Shown: positions 15,001 to 28,486 of the stretch, piece after piece
How positions within the stretch are numbered: position 1 is the first letter of the stretch
How the letters are laid out: every line of letters begins with the position of its first letter
NCBI GenBank assembly: GCA_026770705.1
Contig: JANJGN010000016.1
Location: forward strand, 86,552,001 to 86,616,000
From: Isurus oxyrinchus
Taxonomy: Eukaryota
Reading direction: 5' to 3'
Length of the DNA: 64,000 nt
Notes under the pieces: model-generated
Databases searched by the model: none
What the model was told of the DNA's origin: nothing
Seen by the model: only the letters and a program-made list of their open reading frames with translations
Translations under genes and position numbers: made by a program

Positions 15001-18000
15001 AACCCCTCATCCCCGGCATCACCCACCACCCCTGCCCCCAGCATCACCCACCCCTTCACCTCCAGCAACACCCTCACAACCCGACATTACCCATTCTCCC
15101 CATACCTGCTATCACCCACCCCATCAACCCCGGCATTACACACCCCCCCATCCCCGGCATCACCCACACCCAACTACCCCGGGCATCACCCACACACCCC
15201 ACTCCTGGCACCACACACCGCACCACCTTCGACATGACCCACACCCTCCCCACACCCGGCAACACCTAGACCCACACCCATGGCATTATCCAGGCCACCA
15301 CCCACGGCATCACCCAACCCCAACCACCGGCATCACCCACACCCCCACTTCCGGCATTAACAACTCCATCACCCCTTGGCATCACCCAACCCCCACCCAT
15401 GGTTCCCTCACCCTCACCCCCAGCATCACCCAACCACACAACACCGGCATTACCCACTCTCCCATACCCGCCATCACCACTACCCCCACCCAGGCATTGC
15501 ACACCCGCCCACCTCTGGCATCACCAAACCCCTCAAACAACGGCATCACCCTCCCCCAGGCAACACCCACCACCCCACCCCCAAGATCACACACCTCCTC
15601 ACCACTGGCTACACCAAACAACTTACACCACCGGAATCAGCCACTCACCCACTCCCGGCATCACCCACCACCCTACACCCCCAGCATCACCCACACTCCC
15701 AACACTGGCATCAACCACACACCCCATTCCCGGCATCACCCACCATCCCACCCCCGGCATCACTCAGACCCCACAACTGGCATCACCTAGCCCCCCACCC
15801 ACGGCATTATCCAGTCGCCCTCCCCGGCATCACCAAACCCAACCACCGGCATCAGCCATACCCGCACCTCTGGCATTACCCGCTCCCCCACTCACAGCAT
15901 CACTCAGCCCCCCATCCCTGGCATCAAAAATCCCCTCACCCCCGTCATCTCCCACCCCCCACCCACAGCATCACCTATTCCCCCGACCCCGGCATCACCC
16001 ACCATCCCATCCCCGGCATCACCCACCCCCCTAAACCATGCATCACCCATGGCCACAAGCCAAGCAACACCCACACCCCCAAACCTGCCATCACCCACCC
16101 CCGACATTGCCCATCCCCCCCATACCTGATATCACCCACCCCATCAACCTCGGTATCACACACCTCACCACCCCCGGCATCATCCACACCTACACCCCCA
16201 GCATCACACAACCCCACACAACCGGCATTACCCACTCCCCCATAGCCGCCATCAACACTACCTCCACACCCGGCATCGCCCACCCACACCCAACTCTGGC
16301 ATTACCAAACCCCTCAAACAACGGCATCACCCACCCCCAGCATCACCCACACCCCACACCAGGCAACACCCACCACCCCCACCCCCAACATCACACACCT
16401 CCAGCATCACCCAAACCCCCAACACTGGCATCACCCACACACCCCACTCCCGGCATCACCCAACCCCCCACCCCCGGCATCACCCAGCCCCCACACCTGG
16501 CATCACCTAGCCCCCCACCCACGGCATTATCCAGTCCCCCGTCCCAGCATCACCCAACCACAAACATCGACATCACCCATACGCCCACCTCTGGCATTAC
16601 CCGCTCTCCCACCCCCACCATTACCCACCCCCCACCCACAGCACCTCCTATACCCCCACACCCGGCGTCACCCACCATCCCATCCCTGGCATCACCCACC
16701 CCTCTAACCCATGCATCACCCATGCCCACAACCCCAGCATCAACAATCCCCCCCATCCCCGGCATCAACCACTGCCCCGCCACCCCCCCCACCACCGGCA
16801 TCACCCATCCACACCCCCAGCCATGACATCACCCACACCCTCACCCCTGGCATCACTCAAACCCCCACCCCGGCATCACACAAAACTTCACACTTGGCAT
16901 CACCCACACCCCTACCACTGGCATCACCCAAACCCCCACCCCCAGCATCACCCACTCCCCCAACCCCGGCATCACTCACCTCCCCACATCGGGCATCACC
17001 CACACCCCTACCACCGGTCTTACCCAACCCTGGCAACAACCACCCCCCTACCCCAGCCATCACTCACCCCCATACCCCCGGCATCACCCACCGCGTCACC
17101 CCAGGCATCACCCAACCCCCCCAACCCTGACATCAAACACCCATCCAACCACGGCACGACCCACCCCCTCACTCCATGCAGCGCCCAACACACCCACCCC
17201 CAACATCACACATCTCCTCACCCCTGGCTTCAACAAACACCCCATGCCACAGGCATCAACTACTCCCCCACTCCCGGCATCTCCCACGCCCCATCACCAG
17301 CATCAGCCAAACACAACCGTGGCATCGCCGACCCCCGGCGTCACCCACCTCCCCTACCCCCGGCATCACCTATCAACCCCAACCCCGGCAACAGCCACCT
17401 TCTCACCCCTGGCAACACCCACCCACCCCACCACTGGCATTACCTTTTGCCCCACCCCTGGCATCACCCACCCCCTGCGCCCCAGGCATCACCAACCCCC
17501 TACGCCAAGCATCACCCATGCCCACATCCCCGGAATCACCCACCCCCTCACCCTTGGCATCACCCACCCCCCAACCCTCAGCCTCACCTATTTCCCCACA
17601 TCCGGCATCACCCACAACCCCTAATCCGGCATCACCCACCCCCTCACGCCCGGTATCACCTGCTCCCCCATCCCCGACATTACCCATACCCCCACTTCCG
17701 GCATTAACAACTCCATCACCCCTTGGCATCAGCCAACCCCCACCCATGGTACCCTCACCGCCACCCCCACCATCAGCCACCGCCCCCCCCAACACTGGCA
17801 TCACCCACCCCTGGCATCACCCACCCCCCCTACCCCAGGCATCACCGACACACCCCACTCCCGGCATCACCCACCGCACCACCCACGGCATCACCCAACC
17901 CCAACCACCGGCATTACCAACACCCCCACTTCCTGCATTAACAACTCCATCACCCCTTGGCATCATCCAACCCCCACCCATGGTTCCCTCACCCCCAACC

Positions 18001-21000
18001 CCAGCATCAGCCAACCCCCCCAACCCTGGCATCACCCAACCGCGGCATCACACAACCCCCTACCCCTGGCATAACCCACACACCCCACTCCCGGCATCAC
18101 CCACTCCCTCACTCCTGGAATCACACACAACATCAAACCCGGCATCACCCAGCACTTCGCCGGCAGGAACCAACACCTTACCCCCGACAACACCCATCCC
18201 CCCATACCCGGCAACACACACCCCCTCACCCCTGGCATTACCTGCACCCCCACCCCCACCCCCGGCATCACACTCCCCACCACCCCCGGCATCAAACATC
18301 GCTTCACTGCTTGCAACATCCATCCCCCCAACCCTGCCTTCAACCAAACCCGACATTACCCACCGCCCCCATACCTGGTATCACCCAACCCATCACCCCT
18401 GGCATCACCCACCCAACCACCACCGGCATCACCCACCCCCACACCCACAGCATCAGCAAACCCCTCAACACTGGCATTACACACCGCCCCAATACCCGAC
18501 ATCACCATTCCCCATACCCCAGGCATCACCGACATCCCCAACTCTGGCATCACCAACCCCCCCAACCAATGGCATCACCCTCCCCCAGTATCACCCATCC
18601 CCCACCCCGGGCAACACCCACCACCCCCACCCCAAACATCACACACTGCCTCACCACTGGCTTCACCAAACACCCCAAGCCACCAGCCTCATACACTCCT
18701 GGCATCACCCACCACCCCTCACCCACAGCATCACCCACACCCCCAATACTGGCATCACCCACACACCCCACTCCCGGCATCACACACAACCTCACCCCTG
18801 GCATCACCCGTAACCCCACCCCCGGCATCACCCACACCCTCACCACCGGCATCACTCAAACACCCAGCCCGGCATCACCCACCCCCTCACTCCCAGATTC
18901 ACCCAGCCTATCACCCATGGCATCACTCACCCCCTCACCACCTGGCATCACACTCCCCAACACCTCCCGCATCACCCACCCCTTCAATCCCGGCAGCACC
19001 CAACCCCTCATCCCTGGCATCACCCACCATCCCCGGCCCCAGCATCACCCACCCCTTCACTGCCAGCAACACCCACACCCCCGACATTACCCATCCCCCC
19101 ATACCTGCTATCACCCACGCCATCAACCCCGGCATCACACACCCCACCACCCCCGGCATTATCCACACCTATACCCCAGCATCACCCAACCACAGAACAC
19201 TAGCATTACCCACTCCCCCATACCCGCCATCACCACTACCCCCACCCCCGGCATTGCACACCCGCCCACCTCTGGCATCACCAACCCCCTCAAACAACGG
19301 CAACACCCATCCTCAGCATCACCCACACCCCACACCAGGCAACACCCACCAACCCCACCCCCAACATCACACACCTCCAGCATCACCCAAACCCCCAACA
19401 CTGGCATCACCCACACACCCCACTCCCGGCATCACCCAACTCCCCACCCCCGGCATCACCCAGCCCCCACACCTGGCATCACCTAGCCCCCCACCCACGG
19501 CATTATCCAGTCCCCCGCCCCCAGCATCACCCAACCACAAACACCGGCATCACCCATACGCCCACCTCTGGCATTACCCGCTCTCCCACCCCCACCATTA
19601 CCCATCCCCCACCCACAGCATCACATATAGCCCCACACCCGGCGTCACCCACCATCCCATCCCCGGCATCACCCACCCCTCTAACCCATGCATCACCCAT
19701 GCCCTCAACCCCAGCATCAAACCCCCCCATCCCCGGCATCAACCACTGCCCCCCCACCCCCCACCACCGGCATCACCCATCCACACCCCCAGCCATGGCA
19801 TCACCCACACCCTCACCCCTGGCATCACTCAAACCCCCACCCCGGCATCACACAAAACTTCACACTTGGCATCACCCACACCCCTACCACTGGCATCACG
19901 CAAACCCCCAGCCTCAGCATCACCCACTCCCCCAACCCTGGCATCACTCACCTCCCCACATCGGGCATCACCCACACCCCTACCACCGGTCTTACCCACC
20001 CCCCAACCCCGGCAACAACCACCGCGTCACCCCAGGCATCACCCAACCCCCCCAACCCTGACATCAAACACCCATCCAACCACGGCACTACCCACCCCCT
20101 CACTCCATGCAGCGCCCAACACACCCACCCCCAACATCACACATCTCCTCACCCCTGGCTTCAACAAACACCCCATGCCACAGGCATCAACTACTCCCCC
20201 ACTCCCGGCATCTCCCACGCCTCCATCACCAGCATCAGCCAAACACAACCGTGGCATCGCCGACCCCCGGCGTCATCCACCTCCCCTACCCCCGGCATCA
20301 CCTATCAACCCCAACCCCGGCAACAGCCACCTTCTCACCCCTGGCAACACCCACCCACCCCACCACTGGCATTACCTTTTGCCCCACCCCTGGCATCACC
20401 CACCCCCTGCGCCCCAGGCATCACCAACCCCCTACGCCAAGCATCACCCATGCCCACATCCCCGGAATCGCCCACCCCCTCACCCTCGGCATCACCCACC
20501 CCCCAACCCTCAGCCTCACCTATTTCCCCACATCCGGCATCACCCACAACCCCTAATCCGGCATCACCCACCCCCTCACGCCCGGTATCACCTGCTCCCC
20601 CATCCCCGACATTACCCATACCCCCACTTCCGGCATTAACAACTCCATCACCCCTTGGCATCAGCCAACCCCCACCCATGGTTCCCTCACCCCCACCCCC
20701 ACCATCAGCCACCACCCCCAACCCTGGCATCACCCACCCCTGGCATCACCCACCCGCCCTACCCCAGGCATCACCGACACACCCCACACTCGGCATCACC
20801 CACCGCACCACCCACGGCATCACCCAACCCCAACCACCGGCATTACCAACACCCCCACTTCCTGCATTAACAACTCCATCACCCCTTGGCATCAGCCAAC
20901 CCCCACCCATGGTTCCCTCACCCCCACCCCCTCCCCCACCATCAGCCACCCCCCCCAACCCTGGCATCACCCACCCCTGGCATCACCCACCCCCCCTACC

Positions 21001-23204
21001 CCAGGCATCACCGACACACCCCACTCCCGCCATCACCCACCCCACCACCCACGGCATCACCCAACCCCAACCACCGGCATTACCAACACCCCCACTTCCG
21101 GCATTAACAACTCCATCACCCCTTGGCATCATCCAACCCCCACCCATGGTTCCCTCACCCCCAACCCCAGCATCAGCCAACCCCCCCAACCCTGGCATCA
21201 CCCAACCCTGGCATCACCCAACCCCCTACCCCTGGCATCACCCACACTCCCGGCAACATCCACTCCCTCACTCCTGGAATCACAAACCACATCAAACCCG
21301 GCATCACCCAGCACTTCGCCGGCAGGAACCAACACCTTACCCCCGACAACACCCATCCCCCCATACCCGGCAACACACACCCCCTCACCCCTGGCATCAC
21401 CTGCACCCCCACCCCCACCCCCGGCATCACACTCCCCACCACCCCCGGCATCAAACACCCCTTCACTGCTTGCAACATCCATCCCCCCAACCCTGCCTTC
21501 AACCAAACCCGACATTACCCACCGTCCCCATACCTGGTATCACCCAACCCATCACCCCTGGCATCACACACCCAACCACCACCGGCATCACCCACCCCCC
21601 ACACCAGGCAACACCCACCACCCCCACCCCCAACATCACACACCTCCTCACCACTGGCTACACCAAACAAACCACCCCACCGGCATCACCCACTCCCCCA
21701 TTCCCAGCATCACCCACCACCCCACACCTCCAGCATCACCCACACCCCCAACACTGGCATCACCCACACACCCCACTCCCGGCATCTCCCACCCCCCACC
21801 CACAGCATCACCTATTCCCCCGCCCCCGGCATCACCCATCATCCCATCCCCGGCATCACCCACCCCCCTAAACCATGCATCACCCATGGCCAGAAGCCCA
21901 GCAACACCCACACCCCCAACCCTGCCATCACCCACCCCCGACATTGCCCACCCCCCCATACCTGATATCACCCACCCCATCAACCTTGGAATCACACACC
22001 CCACCACCCCGAGCATCACCACACCTACACCCCCAGCATCACACAGCCCCACACCACCAGCAATACCCACCCGCCCATAGCCGCCATCACCACTAACCCC
22101 ACCCCCGGCATCGCACACCCCCCCCAACTCTGGCATTACCAACCCCCTCAAACAACGGCATCACCCACCCTCAGCATCACCCACACCCCACACCAGGCAA
22201 CACGCACCACCCCCACCCCCAACATCACACACCTCCAGCATCACGCACACCCCTAACACTGGCAACACCCACACACCCCACTCCCGGCATCACCCAACCC
22301 CCCACCCCCGGCATCACCCAGCCCCCACACCTGGCATCACCTAGCCCCCCACTCACGGCATTATCCAGTCCCCCTCCCCCAGCATCACCCAAACACAAAC
22401 ACCGGCATCACCCATACGCCCACCTCTGGCATTACCCGCTCCCCCACCTCCACCATCACCCACCCCCCACCCACAGCATCACCTATTCCCCCACACCCGG
22501 CATCACCCACCAGCCCATCCCCGGCATCACCCACTCCCCTAACCCATGCATCACCCATGCCCACAACCCCAGCATCAACCACCCCCCTCCATCCCCGGCA
22601 TCAACCACCGCCCCCCCAACACCGGCATCACCCATCCACACCCCCAGCCACGGCATAACTCAAACCCCCACCCAGGCATCACACAAACCTTCACACTTGG
22701 CATCACCCACACCCCACCACTGGCATCAACCAACCCCTCCACCCCCGGCATCACCGACCCCCTGAACCCTGGCATCACCCAAACACCCACCCCCGGCATC
22801 ACCACACCTACACCCCCAGCATCACCCAACCCCACACTACTGGCATTACCCACCCACCCATAGCCGCCATCACCCACCCCCTTACCCCTGGCATCACCCA
22901 ACGCATCACCCCAGGCTTCAACCAACGCCCCCATCCCTGACATCAAACAGCCATCCAACCCCGGCATGACCCACCCCCTCACCCCATGCAGCACCCAACA
23001 CCCCCACCCCCAACATCACACATCTCCTCACCCCTGGCTTCACCAAACACCCCATGCCACCGGCATCACCAACTCCCCACTCCCAGCATCACCCACGCCC
23101 GCATCACCAGCATCAGCCAAACTCAACCGCGGCATTGCCGACCCCTGGCATCAACCACCCCCCCTACCCCCTGCATCACCTATCAACCCCAACCCTGGCA
23201 ACAC

Positions 23205-23216
23205 CCACCTTCTCAC
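23205..23216 (+). repeat. Target-site duplication, left copy (CCACCTTCTCAC)
   Basis: The identical 12-mer occurs at 24593-24604. Paralogous empty sites with a single copy lie at 17395-17406 and 20327-20338. Confidence 0.9.
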
Positions 23217-23280
23217 AAAACAAAAACAGAATTACCTGGAAAAACTCAGCAGGTCTGGCAGCATCGGCGGAGAAGAAAAG

Positions 23281-23319
23281 AGTTGACGTTTCGAGTCCTC
23301 ATGACCCTTCGACAGAACT
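23281..23319 (-). ncRNA. Minimal type I hammerhead-ribozyme-like motif in the PLE 3' end (core variant CUGUCGA)
   Basis: The minus strand reads AGUU-CUGUCGA-A-GGGUC-AUGAG-GACUC-GAAA-CG-UC-AACU. This gives helix I AGUU/AACU, helix II GGGUC/GACUC, GAAA, a palindromic ACGU minimal helix III and a GUC cleavage triplet. PLE pseudo-LTRs are known to carry minimal hammerheads. The A6 position is U here. Confidence 0.65.
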
Positions 23320-23381
23320 TGATTTCGAGTCCAAGAAAGAGTTGAAATATAAGCTGGTTTAAGGTGTGTGTGTGGGGGGCG

Positions 23382-23410
23382 GAGAGATAGAGAGAGAGAG
23401 AGAGAGAGAG
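23382..23410. repeat. (GA)n microsatellite within the PLE 3' untranslated region
   Basis: gagagatagagagagagagagagagagag, preceded by a short (GT)n. Confidence 0.85.
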
Positions 23411-23699
23411 GTGGAGTGGGGGTGTGGTTGTAGGGACAAACAAGCAGTGATAGAAGCAGATCATCAAAAGATGTCAGCGACAATGGTACAATAGAACACA
23501 TAGGTGTTAAAGTTAAAGTTGGTGATATTATCTAAACGAATGTGCTAATTAAGAATGGATGGTAGGGCACTCAAGGTATAGCTCTAGTGGGGGTGTTTTT
23601 TTTTATAATGGAAATAGGTGGGAAAAGGAAAATCTTTATAATTTATTGGAAAAAAAAGGAAGGGGGAAACAGAAAGGGGGTGGGGATGGGGGAGGGAGC

Positions 23700-24590
23700 T
23701 CACGACCTAAAGTTGTTGAATTCAGTATTCAGTCCGGAAGGCTGTAAGGTGCCTAGTCGGAAGATGAGGTGTTGTTCCTCCAGTTTGCGTTGGGCTTCAC
23801 TGGAACAATGCAGCAAGCCAAGGACAGACATGTGGGCAAGAGAGCAGGGTGGAGTGTTAAAATGGCAAGCGACAGGGAGGTTTGGGTCATTCTTGCGGAC
23901 AGACCGCAGGTGTTCTGCAAAGCGGTCGCCCAGTTTACGTTTGGTCTCTCCAATGTAGAGGAGACCACATTGGGAGCAACGAATGCAGTAGACTAAGTTG
24001 GGGGAAATGCAAGTGAAATGCTGCTTCACTTGAAAGGAGTGTTTGGGCCCTTGGACGGTGAGGAGAGAGGAAGTGAAGGGGCAGGTGTTACATCTTTTGC
24101 GTGGGCATGGGGTGGTGCCATCGGAGGGGGTTGAGGAGTAGGGGGTGATGGAGGAGTGGACCAGGGTGTCCCGGAGGGAACGATCCCTACGGAATGCCGA
24201 TAAGGGGGGTGAAGGGAAGATGTGTTTGGTGGTGGCATCATGCTGGAGTTGGCGGAAATGGCGGAGCATGATCCTTTGAATGCGGAGGCTGGTGGGGTGA
24301 TAAGTGAGGACAAGGGGGACCCTATCATGTTTCTGGGAGGGAGGAGAAGGCATGAGGGCGGATGCGCGGGAGATGGGCTGGACACGGTTGAGGGCCCTGT
24401 CAACGACCGTGGGTGGAAAACCTCGGTTAAGGAAGAAGGAGGACATGTCAGAGGAACTGTTTTTGAAGGTGGCATCATCGGAACAGATGCGACGGAGGTG
24501 AAGGAACTGAGAGAATGGGATGGAGTCCTTACAGGAAGCGGGGTGTGAGGAGCTGTAGTCGAGGTAGCTGTGGGAGTCGGTGGGTTTGTA
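23700..24590 (-). pseudogene. Uninterrupted C-terminal 296 codons of the PLE polyprotein (RT thumb, Cys-rich linker, GIY-YIG endonuclease); lacks its own start and the RT catalytic core
   Basis: Part of ORF 23700..24764(-) from YKPTDSHSYLDY to GLNTEFNNFRS*, with no stops or frameshifts. The upstream 58 codons of the track ORF are array/junction sequence. Confidence 0.9.
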
Positions 24591-24592
24591 AA

Positions 24593-24604
24593 CCACCTTC
24601 TCAC
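24593..24604 (+). repeat. Target-site duplication, right copy (CCACCTTCTCAC)
   Basis: Identical to 23205-23216. The array resumes in register (..ccccggcaacacccacccacccc) as in the empty paralogous sites. Confidence 0.9.
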
Positions 24605-27600
24605 CCCCGGCAACACCCACCCACCCCACCCTCGGCATCACCAAACCCCTATGCCAAGCATCACCCATGCCCACAACCCTGGAATAACCCACCCCCTCAC
24701 CCCGGGCATCATCCACTCCCCAACCCTCAGCCTCACCTATTCCCCCACACCCGGCATCACCCACATCCCCTAATCCGGCAATCCCACCCCCTCACGCCCG
24801 GTATCACCCACTCCCCCATCCCCGGCGTCACCCACACCCCCACTTCCGGCATTAACAACTCCATCACCCCTTGGCATCAGCCAACCCCCACCCATGGTTC
24901 CCTCACCCCCACCCCCAGCATCAGCCACCCCCCCAACCCTGGCATCACCCACCCCTGGCATCACCCATCCCCCCTACCCCGGGCTTCACCCACACACCCC
25001 ACTCCCGGCATCACCCACTGCACCACCTTCGACATCACCCAACCCCTCCCCACACCCAGCAACACCTAGCCCCCCAACCCTGGCATTATCCAGGCCACCA
25101 CACCTGGCATCACCCAACCCCCTACCCCGGGCATCACCCACACACCCCACTCCTGGCATGACCCACCCCTTCACCCCCGCCATTACCCACACCCCCAACA
25201 CCGGCCTCAACTATTCCCCCACACCCAGCATCACCCACACCCTCTACCCCGGCATCACACACCAACTCACGCCCGGTATCACACACTCCCCGACTTCCAG
25301 CATTAACAACTCCCTCACCCCTGGCATCACCCAACCCCAACCCACGGTTCTCTCAGCCCCACCCCCAGTATCAGCCACCCCACCAACCCTGGTATCACCC
25401 ACTCCGGCATCACCCACACCCCCTATCCTGGGCATCACCCACCATCCCCACCCCTGGCTTCACCCACACACTCACCCCCAGCAACACCCACAACCCCAAC
25501 ACTGGCTTCACCCAAACACCCCACTCCCGTCATCACCCACCGCACCACCCTCGGCATCACCCAGCACCCCCCCAACACCTGGTTTCACCTAGCTCCCCAC
25601 CCACGGCATTATCCAGGCCCCCACCCAGGCCATCACCAAACCCCAACCACCGGCACCACCCTCACCCCCTCCACTGGCATTAGCCACTCCCCCACTCCTA
25701 GCATCACCCAGCCCCCCATCCCCGGATTCACCCACATCACCACCCCCGGCATCACCTACAAACCCCACCCACAACCCCGGCATCACCCACACCCTCACCC
25801 CCGGCATCATTCAAACCCCCAGACTGGCATCACCCACTCCGTCACTCCCGGAATCACACACCACACCACCCCCGGCATCACCCTGCACTTCACCGCCGGC
25901 AGCAACCAACCCCGCACCCCCGACAATACCCACCCTCCCATACCCGGCAACACACATCCCCTCACCCCTGGCATCACCCAAAACCTCACCCCCTGCATCA
26001 TCACCCCACTCCAATCCCCGGCATCACCCACACCCTCACACCCGGCATAACCCATCCCCACACCCCTGGCATCACATCCCCCCAACCACTGGCATCACCC
26101 ACCCTCTCACCCCCGACACCACCACACCCCCCAACCCCTGTGTCCCCCATATCCCCACCCACACCCTCACCACCGGCATAACTCAATCCCCCAGCCTGGC
26201 ATCACCCACCTCCTCACTCCCAGAATCACCCAGCCTACCACCCATGGCATCACACACCCCACCACCCCCGGCATCAAACACCTCTTCACTGCTTGCAACA
26301 CCCATCCCGCCAACCCTGCCATCAACCAAACCCGACATTACCCACCGCCCCCATACCTGGTATCACCCAACCCATCACCCCTGGCATCACACACCCAACC
26401 ACCCCCGGCATCACCCACCCCCACACTCGCAGCATCAGCCAACCCCTCAACACTGGCAATACACACCCCCCCAATACCCGGCATCACCATTCTCCGTACC
26501 CCTGGCATCACCGACACCCCCAACTCTGGCATCACCAACCCCCCCAACCAATGGCATCACCCTCCTCCAGTATCACCCACCCCCCACCCCAGGCAACACC
26601 CACCACCCCCACCCAAACATCACACACTGCCTCACCACTGGCTTCACTAAACACCCCAAACCACCGGCCTCACACACTCCTGGCATCACCCATACCCCCA
26701 CCCCTGGCATCACCCATACCCCCACCCCCAGCATCGCCCACACCCTCACCACTGGCATCACTCAAACACCAAGCCCGGCATCACCCACCCACTCACTCTC
26801 AGAATCACCCAGCCTACCACCCATGGCATCACTCACCCCCTCACCCACGGCATCACACTCCCCACCACCCCTGGCTTCACCCACCCCTTCAATCCCGGCA
26901 GCAAAGCAAGCCCTCATCCCCGGCAGCACCCACCACCCCCGGCCCCAGCATCACCCACCCCTTCACTGCCAGCAACACCCTCACAACCCGACATTACCCA
27001 TGCCCCCATACCTGCTAACACCCACCCCATCAATGCCGGCATCACACACCCTACCACCCCTGGCATCATCCACACCTATACCCACAGCATCACCCAACCA
27101 CACAACACCGGCATTACCTACTCACCCATACCCGCCATCACCACTCCCCCCACCCCTGGCATTGCACACTCGCCCACCTCTGGCATTAGCAAACAACGGC
27201 ATCACCCACCCCCAGCATCACCCACTCCCCCACTCCCGGCATCACCCTCCACCCCTCACCCCTGGCATCACCCTCACCCTCACCACCGGTATCACTCAAA
27301 CCCCCAGGCCGGCATCACCCACCCCCTCACTCCCAGAATCACCCAGCCTACCACCCATGGCATCACCCACCCCCTCACCCCCGGCATCACACACCCCCTC
27401 AACCTCGGCATCACACACCCCACCAGCCCCGGCATCACCCACCGCCATAATCCCAGCATCACCCAACCCCTCACCACCGGCGTTACCCACCCCCCATATA
27501 CGCCATCACCACTCCTGCCACACCCAGCATCACCCACACCCTCACCCCCGACATCACACAACTCGTCACCACTGGCTTCACCAAACACCCCACCCCACCG

Positions 27601-28486
27601 GCATCACCCACTCCACCACTCCCGGCATCACCCACCACCCCCCACCCCCAGCATCATCCACACCCCCAACACTGGCATCACCCACACACCCCACTCCCGG
27701 CATCACCAACTCCCCCACTCCCGGCAACACCCACAAACCCACCCCCAGCATCACCCAACACCCAACCGTGGCATTGCCAAACCCCAGCATCCCCCACCCC
27801 CCCACCCCAGGCATCACCTATCACCCCCACCCCCGGCCTCAGTCCCAGCAACAACTACACCCCCAATATTGGCATCAACCACCCCCCCAATCCCGGTATC
27901 ACCCACCCCACCACCCCCGGCATCACCCACCACCCCCACCCCCACCCCCAACATCACACACCTCCTCACCCCTGGCTTCACCAAACACCGCACCCTACCG
28001 GTATCACCAACTCCCCCACTCCCGGCATCACCCACTCTCTCACCCCCAGCATCCCCCACCCTCTCACCCCCAGCCTCACCCAACCCCCAACTGTGGCATC
28101 GCCAACTCCCGGCATCACCCAACCACCCGAACTCCGGCATCACCTATCACCCCCACCCCCGGTATCACCCACCCTCGCACCCCCGACACCACCCACATCC
28201 TCACCCCCTGCATCACCCACACCCTCACCACCGGCATCACTCAAACCCCCAGCCCGGCATCACCCAGCCCCTCACTCCCGGAATCACACACCCCACCAAC
28301 CCAGGCATCACCCAATACTTCACTGCCGGCAGCACCCAACCCCGCACCACCGACAATACCAACCCCCCCATACCCGGCAACACACACCCCCTCACCGCTG
28401 GCATCACCCCCCCCACTCCAAAACCCGGCATCACCCACATCCTCACCCACGACATAACACACCCACACCACCGGCATCACCCACCC

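Larger units (their letters stand above)
23217..24592 (-). mobile_element. 5'-truncated Penelope-like retrotransposon (EN+ PLE, probably Neptune clade), 1376 bp
   Basis: Sharp compositional break from the array. The minus-strand ORF encodes the RT C-terminus (YKPT..SYLDYSSSHP..CKDSIPFSQFL.LRRICS), a Cys-rich linker (CPRKRCNTC) and a GIY-YIG endonuclease (NLVYCIRC..CGLLYIGET..R..EH). It is flanked by a 12-bp TSD, and its 3' terminal sequence is repeated at 63965-64000. Confidence 0.93.
16270..25100 (+). repeat. Higher-order repeat of about 2.9 kb (about 3 copies, third copy interrupted by the Penelope element); related copy near 11.4-12.5 kb; boundaries approximate
   Basis: Landmark TTCACACTTGG at 11501, 16887, 19859, 22690. 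TACGCCAAGC at 17501 and 20433 (offset 2932). Near-identical minus-strand ORFs 17403..17804 and 20335..20733. Confidence 0.8.

Noticed and set aside
23220-23228. ACAAAAACA as an RSS nonamer
   Set aside because: It is part of the PLE terminus, with no CAC-initiated heptamer 12 or 23 bp upstream.
24591-24764. N-terminal 58 aa of ORF 23700..24764 as a real start for the endonuclease
   Set aside because: This is array sequence outside the TSD that happens to be in frame, with no evidence of a promoter or selection.
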